34,687 nucleotides of DNA from an uncultured Methanosarcinales archaeon (GTDB taxonomy: Archaea > Nanobdellota > Nanobdellia > Woesearchaeales > CAXGTL01). Position 1 is the first letter of the stretch; every line of letters starts with the position of its first letter. Location of the stretch: the NCBI GenBank assembly GCA_964535955.1, contig CAZHVK010000014.1, forward strand, positions 1 through 34,687. The letters run 5' to 3'. A program made the position numbers and the translations under genes. Below, piece after piece: positions 27,835-34,687 of the stretch. Under the pieces are notes generated by a model. That model was not told where the DNA came from. It searched no databases and saw only the letters and a program-made list of their open reading frames with translations.

Positions 27835-28044
27835 ATTAGGAATTCCCACCCCCCTACCACTCCTTCCACCCTGTTCTTATAGTGGGCTATGTTTTGTAAT
27901 TGTTCTTTTTTTGGCTTTTTTTTCTTATTTTTCTCAAGCTTGTCTAGGGCTTAATAGCAAAACCTATGAAGAGTAGAGTTTGGATAGTAGTCTGGACAAT
28001 AATAAACTTAATAAATAACAGACTAATTATCAACAATATTCGCG

Positions 28045-29406
28045 ATGAAAATGACTGAAAAAAAACTATTTGGGACAGATGGTATAAGGGGTATTGCTAA
28101 TGTTTATCCTATGACTGGTGAAATTGCATTCAAGTTAGGTCAAGCATTAGTAAAGGTTTTTGATAAGAAATGGAGAAAACATAGAGTTCTTATTGGTAAA
28201 GATACAAGACTAAGTGGTTATATGATTGAATATGCTTTAACTGCTGGAATCTGTTCAATGGGTGGTCAAGTTTTACTTGTTGGACCAATACCAACTCCTG
28301 CAATTGCTCACCTTACAAAATCAATGTGTGCTGATGTTGGTGTTGTGATATCTGCATCACACAATCCTGCTGAACATAATGGCTTAAAGTTGTTTTCTGG
28401 AAAAGGTGTTAAAGTAGATGATGATATATTATTAGAAATTGAAAACATAATCTTAAATAATAACATAGACACTTCAGAAATAATAGGAAATCTTGTAGGA
28501 AATGCATTTAGAATTGATAATGCAAAAGGAAGATATATTGAATATGTGAAAAGTACAATAAAAAATACTAATTTAAATAATATTAAAATTGTTTTAGATT
28601 GTGCAAATGGTGCTGCATACAAAGTTGCACCTTTAATATTTAAAGAATTAGGTGCGGATATGATTATAATAAATAACAATCCTGATGGATTAAATATAAA
28701 TGAAAATTGTGGTTCTTTGTTTCCACAAAATATTGCAAAAAAAGTTATAGAAACTGGTGCCAACATAGGAATTGCATTAGATGGTGATGCTGATAGAATC
28801 ATTGTTATTGATGAAAATGGTGAAATTTTAGACGGTGATGAATTATTAGCCATATGTGCAAATTATTTAATGCAAAAAGGTAAATTAAAAAATAATGCAA
28901 TTGTGGCAACTGTGATGAGTAATGTTGGACTAAACATTGCAATGAAAAATATTGGTGTCAAGGTTGTAAGAACAAAAGTTGGTGATCATTATGTTTCAGA
29001 AGCAATGCAAAAAGGAAATTATATCTTAGGAGGAGAAAATTCTGGGCATATAATCTTTGGAAAGTATATGTTGACAGGGGATGGGATTATTGCTGGATTG
29101 CAGTTATTACAAATTATGAAAGAAAAAGAACAGAAATTGTCTCAACTAAAAAAGATTATAACAAAATATCCTCAGGTTTTAATCAATGTGGAAGTCAAAG
29201 AAAAAAAACCTCTTAATCAGTTAACAGAAGTTATCAAACTAGTTAATCTTATTAAACAAAAGTTAGGTGATGAAGGAAGGATTCTTATTAGGTATTCTGG
29301 TACTGAAAACAAATGCAGAGTCATGATTGAAGGTAAAGATCAAGATGTTATCAATGTTTATGCAAAACAGGTTGTGGCAGAAGTTGAGAAAGAGATTGGG
29401 ATTTAG
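28045..29406 (+). CDS. glmM: Phosphoglucosamine mutase
   Basis: LFGTDGIRG, GKDTRLSG, ISASHNP, DGDADR, GGENSGH, RYSGTE; lies between glmS and glmU. Confidence 0.95.
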   Translation: MKMTEKKLFGTDGIRGIANVYPMTGEIAFKLGQALVKVFDKKWRKHRVLIGKDTRLSGYMIEYALTAGICSMGGQVLLVGPIPTPAIAHLTKSMCADVGVVISASHNPAEHNGLKLFSGKGVKVDDDILLEIENIILNNNIDTSEIIGNLVGNAFRIDNAKGRYIEYVKSTIKNTNLNNIKIVLDCANGAAYKVAPLIFKELGADMIIINNNPDGLNINENCGSLFPQNIAKKVIETGANIGIALDGDADRIIVIDENGEILDGDELLAICANYLMQKGKLKNNAIVATVMSNVGLNIAMKNIGVKVVRTKVGDHYVSEAMQKGNYILGGENSGHIIFGKYMLTGDGIIAGLQLLQIMKEKEQKLSQLKKIITKYPQVLINVEVKEKKPLNQLTEVIKLVNLIKQKLGDEGRILIRYSGTENKCRVMIEGKDQDVINVYAKQVVAEVEKEIGI

Positions 29407-29418
29407 GTGGTGGTTTGT

Positions 29419-30600
29419 ATGCAAGCAGTAATATTAGCAGCAGGAAAATCGACAAGGACTTATCCATTGACAATAACAAGACCAAAGCCTTTGTTGAAAA
29501 TTGCAGGGAAAACAATTCTTGAACACAATCTTAATGCTCTACATGGATTAGTTGATGAAGTTATTCTTATTGTTGGGTTTAAGAAACAAATGATAATTGA
29601 TTTCCTGGGAAATGAATACAATGGAATCAAAATTAAATATGTTGAACAAACAGAACAACTTGGTACAGGACATGCACTGTTGCAAGCAAAAACATGTCTC
29701 ACAGATAAATTCATATTGCTTAATGGAGATGATATTTACAGCAGAAAAGATATTGAAAAATGCTTGAAACATAAATATTGTGTTATGGTGAAAAAAGTCA
29801 ATGATCCTGAAAAATGGGGGATTGTTAAAGTTGAAAATAATAAAGTTGTAAAAATAATTGAAAAACCAAAAGAGTTTGTAGGTGACCTGTGTAATATACA
29901 ATTCTTTGTCCTTGACATAAAAATTTTTGAACACCAACTTCAAAGATCTCCAAGAGGTGAGTATGAAGCTACTGATTACATAACTTATCTTGCATCTGTT
30001 GACCATGTTAACTATGAAGAGGTTTCAGATTATTGGCTGCCTGTTGGTTATCCTTGGCACATACTTAATTCAAATGAGTTTTTGATGAAAAAATTAAGTT
30101 TATCAGAAGCAAAAGGAACACTAGAGCAAGGAGTGACTGTGAAAGGTGTTCTGATTCTAGGTAAGAATTCAGTCATCATGACAGGTGCTTATATTCAAGG
30201 GCCTGTGATCATAGGTGATGATTGTGTAATTGGACCAAGAGCTTTTATCAGAGGACATACATTTATAGGAAATAATTGTAAAATAAATGCTGAAGTAAAG
30301 AATTGTGTTATCTATGATAATACTAATATTGCACATTCCAATTCTTATATTGGTGACAGTGTGATTGGGTATAATGTTAATCTGGGTTCTGGTACAACAA
30401 CTGCTAATCTTAGGCATGATAATGCTAATGTCAAGTCATTTGTAAAAGATAAATTAGTTGATACTGGTAGAAGAAAATTAGGAACTATCATTGGTGATAA
30501 TGTGCATACAGGAATCTTTACACAAATTTATCCTGGAAGAAAAATCTGGCCAAATAAAACTACATTGCCGAATGAAGTTGTTAGGAAAGATTTGGTGTAA
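29419..30600 (+). CDS. glmU: Archaeal-type bifunctional sugar-1-phosphate nucleotidylyltransferase/acetyltransferase (GlmU-like)
   Basis: MQAVILAAGKSTRTYPLT..RPKPLL, EQLGTGHA, RGEYE.TD, hexapeptide repeats, ANLRHD, TGRRKLG.IIGD; GGTGG SD. Confidence 0.9.
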   Translation: MQAVILAAGKSTRTYPLTITRPKPLLKIAGKTILEHNLNALHGLVDEVILIVGFKKQMIIDFLGNEYNGIKIKYVEQTEQLGTGHALLQAKTCLTDKFILLNGDDIYSRKDIEKCLKHKYCVMVKKVNDPEKWGIVKVENNKVVKIIEKPKEFVGDLCNIQFFVLDIKIFEHQLQRSPRGEYEATDYITYLASVDHVNYEEVSDYWLPVGYPWHILNSNEFLMKKLSLSEAKGTLEQGVTVKGVLILGKNSVIMTGAYIQGPVIIGDDCVIGPRAFIRGHTFIGNNCKINAEVKNCVIYDNTNIAHSNSYIGDSVIGYNVNLGSGTTTANLRHDNANVKSFVKDKLVDTGRRKLGTIIGDNVHTGIFTQIYPGRKIWPNKTTLPNEVVRKDLV

Positions 30601-30643
30601 TTTGTTTATTGATTTGTTACTTTATTTATATTATTCACTGAGC

Positions 30644-30753
30644 CATTGAACTCACTTCACTTTGTTGCGTTCAATGTCAATCATAGATTGACAAGCATGC
30701 AAATTAAAATTTGCATACGTGCGTTGCAAAGTTCTCTTTGATCACTTTGCAAC
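30644..30753. other. Cluster of four adjacent inverted repeats between convergent glmU and Lrp-domain genes
   Basis: CATTGAAC/GTTCAATG (30644-51/30669-76); TGTCAATC/GATTGACA (30675-82/30686-93); ATGCAAATT/AATTTGCAT (30697-705/30708-16); GTTGCAAAGT/ACTTTGCAAC (30723-32/30744-53). Confidence 0.6.
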
Positions 30754-30969
30754 AATCATAGTGCTTGTCAGTTTAGTGCCTGATAAATTTCTTATCTTAT
30801 CCACAATAAATCTTTCTAAATTTTTAGTATCACTAACTTCAATCTTTGCTATTATATCCCATTCACCAAACATAAGATGACTTTCTTTTACTTCTTCCAT
30901 TGAAGAAATCTTGTCTAAAGCATCTCGTTCTGTGCCTGGTTTAAAACTCATTAAAACATATGCAAGCAT
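30742..30969 (-). CDS. Stand-alone Lrp/AsnC ligand-binding (RAM) domain protein, no HTH
   Basis: AYVLM...PG.E......I....EV.E.H...GEWDIIAKIE...KIR...G...TST.I pattern; GGGGTG SD before ATG 30969. Confidence 0.88.
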   Translation of the reverse strand: MLAYVLMSFKPGTERDALDKISSMEEVKESHLMFGEWDIIAKIEVSDTKNLERFIVDKIRNLSGTKLTSTMIVAK

Positions 30970-31045
30970 GTTATGCACCCCCAATTATATCTTTAGTAGT
31001 AATCATATTATTTAAATGTTGTTGTTGTAGACTGTAGTTTATAAC

Positions 31046-31816
31046 TCATAACCTTCTAACAAAACTCAAGAAACCACTATGGCCCATCATCTTGCTTTTT
31101 GGTCTAACTTTTCTTTTATCAAATTCCCATTCTCGCAAAATTAACTCAACTGTTTTTATATGGAAAAGTTCTTCATGTTTGTTGACTTCTGATATGAAGT
31201 CCATGATAGAAGGTACACTCGGTGAATAGTTTACAATAAAACCTCCATGTTTGAGTGCTGTGATGCAGTTCTTTACAGCCAGCCAAGGTTCAGGTAAATC
31301 TAAAGTTATGACATCAATATCTTTTTCATCAATGTTGTCATAGATACTTTTGTTTTTTACTGTGATATTTTTTAGTTCTAATGTCTTAATATTTTGTTTA
31401 ACTATGTCGCAATGTTCTTTTTTAATATCATAAGTTATTATTTTTTTTACAATGTTTGCTAGCATTAATGATAATCCTCCACTTCCACTTCCTGCATCAA
31501 CAACAATGCTTTTATTACCTAAACCAGTTTCTGTTATAATCAAACCAATGTCTTTTCTTGGTATTATCTGAGGTAGACGTCTGATGTGTTTGTAATCATC
31601 AATAAAATGTGCTGGAAAAATAAAGAATTCCTTGTCTGTTGAAGATTTTACTTTGCCTGTTTTCTTTAAATCTGATTTTTTTATTGTGCCATACTGTGTG
31701 CTGAAATCTTTGTCTAAATTATCAATGTAATATCTCTTTTTTTTTGAGATAGTAACCTCTCTTCCAAGCTCTTCAATATACTGTTTTTTTGGTTTTTTTA
31801 TGATTATTTTGCTCAT
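31046..31816 (-). CDS. trmI: tRNA (adenine-N1)-methyltransferase TrmI/GCD14 family
   Basis: R.PQII..KDIG.I, DAGSGSG.L, LDLPEPW, RP...M.GHSGFL. Confidence 0.92.
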   Translation of the reverse strand: MSKIIIKKPKKQYIEELGREVTISKKKRYYIDNLDKDFSTQYGTIKKSDLKKTGKVKSSTDKEFFIFPAHFIDDYKHIRRLPQIIPRKDIGLIITETGLGNKSIVVDAGSGSGGLSLMLANIVKKIITYDIKKEHCDIVKQNIKTLELKNITVKNKSIYDNIDEKDIDVITLDLPEPWLAVKNCITALKHGGFIVNYSPSVPSIMDFISEVNKHEELFHIKTVELILREWEFDKRKVRPKSKMMGHSGFLSFVRRL

Positions 31817-31996
31817 TTTAATTAGTTTCTAATGTTTTTTTAAAAATATTTATATACTACTGAAATATAGATGAATATATAAAGGTATCATTTTTTTATA
31901 TATAATCTTTCTTGTTTTCTATGCTTTTAACCACTTTATAATAAAAACCAAAAAACACAAGTTATTTATATAATTAATTATATTGATAATAAAATA

Positions 31997-33229
31997 ATGA
32001 AGTTTTTAAAGGGGGTTGTTAGGCAAAATTTGCCTAAAAAGGTTACAAAGAAACTTATAGATGATGTTTTAGATAGTATTAATTCTTATATAAAAAAGAA
32101 TAAAATCATAGCTACTGCATCTTTAGGAGGTTCATATGCCAAAAATACACACTTAAAGTATTTTGATTGTGATATTTTTGTTAAATTTGATATGCAGTAT
32201 AAAGAAAAAAATTTATCTATTATTTTGGAGAAGATTCTTAAGACATTTAAACCTATGAAAATTCATGGTTCAAGAGATTATTTTAAGTTTATTAAAAAAG
32301 GAATTACTTTTGAAATTGTGCCTGTTTTAGATGTGGGTGGCCCAAGTGAAGCTCAAAATGTTACTGATGTTAGTCCTTTGCATGTTGATTGGGTTAGAAC
32401 TCATATTAAAAAGTTGCATGATGATGTGAGATTATCTAAACTATTCTGTAAGGCTAATGGTCTTTATGGAGCTGAATCTTACATAAATGGATTTTCAGGA
32501 TATATCTTAGAAGTTTTAACAATTCATTATGGTGGTTTTAAAAAATTATTGAAAGGAGTTACTGAATGGAGACCTAAACAATGCATAGATGTGGAAGGAT
32601 TTTATCATTCTAGACACGATATTTCTCGTCGATTAAACAAAGCAAAACTTCATAGTCCATTGATAATAATTGATCCTGTTCAACCAAATAGGAATATTGC
32701 AGCTTCACTTAGTAATGAAAGGTTTTCTCAATTTATTTTAGCAGCAAGATTGTTTTTGCAAAAACCTAGTAAACTTTTTTTTAAGAAAAAAGAATTTAAA
32801 CTGAGTGAAGTAAAGAAAAAAGCAAAATTATTAGATTGTTCTTTGGTTATGTTGAATATTACTCCATTACAAAGTAAGAGAGATGTTGTAGGGAGTAAAT
32901 TGTTAAAAGCATTTTTATTTATTCAAACACAATTAGAAAATTGTGATTTTAATGTTTTGGATTCTGGTTGGTCTTGGTCAAAAAAGACTTTTTTTTGGTT
33001 TCTTGTTTTTCCTAATAAACTTTCTAAATATGAGAAACATCCAGGACCTTTAGTTTATTCTAGTAATGAATTCTTTAAACCATTTACTAAAAAATATAAG
33101 GATTATATAATAGAAAACTTTAGAATTTATGTTCTTAGGAAAAGAAAATTCTATAAACTGAAAGACGTAATCAAATACATTGTTAAAGATGAATATTTGA
33201 AGGATAAAGTTAAAAAGGTAAGAATTTGA
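31997..33229 (+). CDS. cca: Archaeal (class I) CCA-adding enzyme
   Basis: GSYAKNT.L...DCDIFV, TDVSPLH..W, YGAE..I.GFSGY..E.L, IIDPVQPNRN.AA. Confidence 0.93.
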   Translation: MKFLKGVVRQNLPKKVTKKLIDDVLDSINSYIKKNKIIATASLGGSYAKNTHLKYFDCDIFVKFDMQYKEKNLSIILEKILKTFKPMKIHGSRDYFKFIKKGITFEIVPVLDVGGPSEAQNVTDVSPLHVDWVRTHIKKLHDDVRLSKLFCKANGLYGAESYINGFSGYILEVLTIHYGGFKKLLKGVTEWRPKQCIDVEGFYHSRHDISRRLNKAKLHSPLIIIDPVQPNRNIAASLSNERFSQFILAARLFLQKPSKLFFKKKEFKLSEVKKKAKLLDCSLVMLNITPLQSKRDVVGSKLLKAFLFIQTQLENCDFNVLDSGWSWSKKTFFWFLVFPNKLSKYEKHPGPLVYSSNEFFKPFTKKYKDYIIENFRIYVLRKRKFYKLKDVIKYIVKDEYLKDKVKKVRI

Positions 33230-33256
33230 TTATAGAAGCTGTTAATTTCAGTTAAC

Positions 33257-33519
33257 TTTATAAATTACTTTGATTTTCATGTGTTTACATTTATAAATCA
33301 CCACCAGATTCTATATTTCGGATATTAAACTCCGAGACTACATATAGAAAATTCATAGGCTAGCGAGAGCTATCCCATTTAAACTAGCTAACTTATGTTA
33401 CTTAATCATAGCATTAAGTAATGAGTAAGAATAGATCTCTAGAATCAAGAACTATATGTTCTTGACAATTCCTAATTAAAAATTGCGACCAAATAAACGA
33501 TAAAAGGATAGAAGTTAGA
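33257..33519 (+). promoter_or_regulatory. rRNA promoter and structured 5' leader
   Basis: TTTATAAA boxes at 33257-33264 and 33290-33297; hairpins TTACTTAAT/ATTAAGTAA (33398-33421) and TCAAGAAC/GTTCTTGA (33445-33465). Confidence 0.5.
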
Positions 33520-34247
33520 ATTCCCGTTGATCCTGCGGGAGGCTGCTGCTATCAGGGTTCGATTTAACCATGCAAGTCAAGGGGTCCTTCGGGACACCGG
33601 CAGAATGCTCAGTAACACGTCAATAATCTAACCTTAGGTCCTGGATAACCTTGGTAAACTGAGGCTAATATAGGATATAAGATAAATTCTGGAATGAATA
33701 TCTTTTAAAAGTAATGCCTAAGGATGAGTTGGCGGCTGATTAGGTAGTTGGTGGGGTAAAGGCCCACCAAGCTTACGATCAGTAGGGGCCTTGAGAGAGG
33801 GAGCCCCGAGAAGGGCACTGAGACACTTGCCCTAGCCCTACGGGGTGCAGCAGGTGCGAAACCTTTACAATGCACGAAAGTGTGATAAGGGAACCCTGAG
33901 TGCCTATACTTAGTATAGGCTTTTACTAAAGGTAAATACTTTAGTGAATAAGCGGTGGGTAAGACTGGTGCCAGCCGCCGCGGTAACACCAGCGCCGCTA
34001 GTGGGAGCCGCGTTTATTGGGCCTAAAGCGTCCGTAGCTGGATGAGTAAATTTTTTGTGAAATTGTCAAGCTTAACTTGACAGCGCGCAGAAAACACTTC
34101 TTATCTTGGAACCGGAAGGAGTCAGAAGTATGCGAGGGGGAGCGGTAAAATGCTATAATCCTTTGTAGACTACCTGTGGCGAAGGCGTCTGACTAGTACG
34201 GGTTCGACAGTGAGGGACGAAAGCTAGGGGAGCGAACCGGATTAGAT

Positions 34248-34354
34248 ACGAGAAATCATGTCTGATTTCTGGATTTGGCTTTGTAAAAGATTCGTTAAAT
34301 CTGCTAAATTACGAGCGAAACAGAAGTTGCTATATGATGATTTACTCGCTAACT
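34248..34354 (+). other. 16S rRNA intron 1 (107 nt, bulge-helix-bulge junction, after E. coli position ~793)
   Basis: Central helix TTAG(34242-45)/CTAA(34349-52), 3-nt bulges AT|A and CT|A, intron stem CGAGAAATCAT/ATGATTT(A)CTCG; splicing restores GGATTAGATACCC. Confidence 0.93.
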
Positions 34355-34473
34355 ACCCGAGTAGTCCTAGCTGTAAACTCTGCGAGCAAGGTGTTACATA
34401 TCTTACGTGGATATGTAGTGTCGAAGCGAAGGCGTTAAGCTCGCCGCCTGGGAAGTACGGTCGCAAGGCTGAA

Positions 34474-34520
34474 ATTATTTCGACTGGGAGTCTCAAAATC
34501 TCCTGATCAATAATCAGTAG
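34474..34520 (+). other. 16S rRNA intron 2 (47 nt hairpin, relaxed BHB/BHL junction, after E. coli position ~908)
   Basis: Central helix GCTG(34468-71)/CAGT(34515-18), bulges AA|A and AG|A, exon helix AAG/CTT, intron stems TTATT/AATAA and GGGAG/CTCCT; splicing restores GCTGAAACTTAAAGG. Confidence 0.9.
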
Positions 34521-34687
34521 ACTTAAAGGAATTGGCGGGGGAGCGCCACAAGGGGTGCGGCGTGCGGTTTAATCTAATTACACACAGAGAATCTCACCAG
34601 GGGCGACGGCAGGATGAAAGTCAGGTTGAAGGCCTTACTTGACGAGCCGAGAGGTAGTGCATGGCCGTCGTCAGCTCGTGCCGCGAG

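Larger units (their letters stand above)
33520..34687 (+). rRNA. rrs: 16S rRNA gene (archaeal, DPANN-like), truncated by the window end, containing two introns
   Basis: ATTCCCGTTGATCCTGCGGGA 5' end, CCCTACGGGGTGCAGCAG, GTGCCAGCCGCCGCGGTAA, GGATTAGAT/ACCC, GAA/ACTTAAAGGAATTGGCGGGGGAGC, GCATGGCCGTCGTCAGCTCGTG; sharp GC rise. Confidence 0.99.

Noticed and set aside
725..30417. Numerous short antisense or alternate-frame ORFs inside long genes (e.g. 1609-2214, 3437-3823, 19378-19752, 20771-21208, 28308-28853)
   Set aside because: They overlap well-supported genes, lack recognisable motifs, and reflect codon bias or repeats.
33230..33519. tRNA or other known RNA gene before the 16S
   Set aside because: No cloverleaf or T-loop consensus; the hairpins fit a pre-rRNA leader.
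33705..33989. 94-aa minus-strand ORF
   Set aside because: Antisense to 16S rRNA; a typical spurious ORF.
34258..34506. 82-aa ORF starting in intron 1 and ending in intron 2, as a possible homing endonuclease
   Set aside because: No LAGLIDADG, HNH or GIY-YIG motif; about half of it reads through conserved rRNA exon.

Overview
AT-rich archaeal genome fragment, most likely DPANN (Woesearchaeales-like). This is judged from the divergent archaeal 16S rRNA, archaeal CCA enzyme, ABCE1, TrmI, form III-type RuBisCO, GGTG-type Shine-Dalgarno motifs and TTTATA TATA boxes. (1) 1-18300 is a type IV pilus-like operon: ATPase 3' end, two TadC/PilC-like platform proteins and three class III signal-peptide pilin-like proteins. 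Embedded in it is a cassette of three Sec-secreted proteins: a collagen/fibre protein, a ~650-aa Cys/Asp-rich protein and a 3311-aa Cys/Asp-rich mosaic adhesin. An (AAAAT)n microsatellite spanning a scaffold gap precedes the cassette. The giant protein has no membrane anchor but ends in a ~30-aa segment that aligns with the C-terminus of the next pilin, a segment the upstream 136-aa pilin lacks; this suggests donor-strand docking of a tip adhesin (hypothesis). (2) 18400-33229 is mostly housekeeping: RuBisCO, two small Cys/Zn proteins (one missed by the ORF track), RlmH, ABCE1, a cysteine hydrolase, glmS-glmM-glmU, a stand-alone Lrp ligand domain, TrmI and CCA enzyme. (3) 33520-end is the 5' part of a 16S rRNA gene with two short ORF-less introns (107 and 47 nt) whose bulge-helix-bulge-type junctions exactly restore the conserved rRNA sequence. 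All calls come from motif recognition by eye; no database searches were run.
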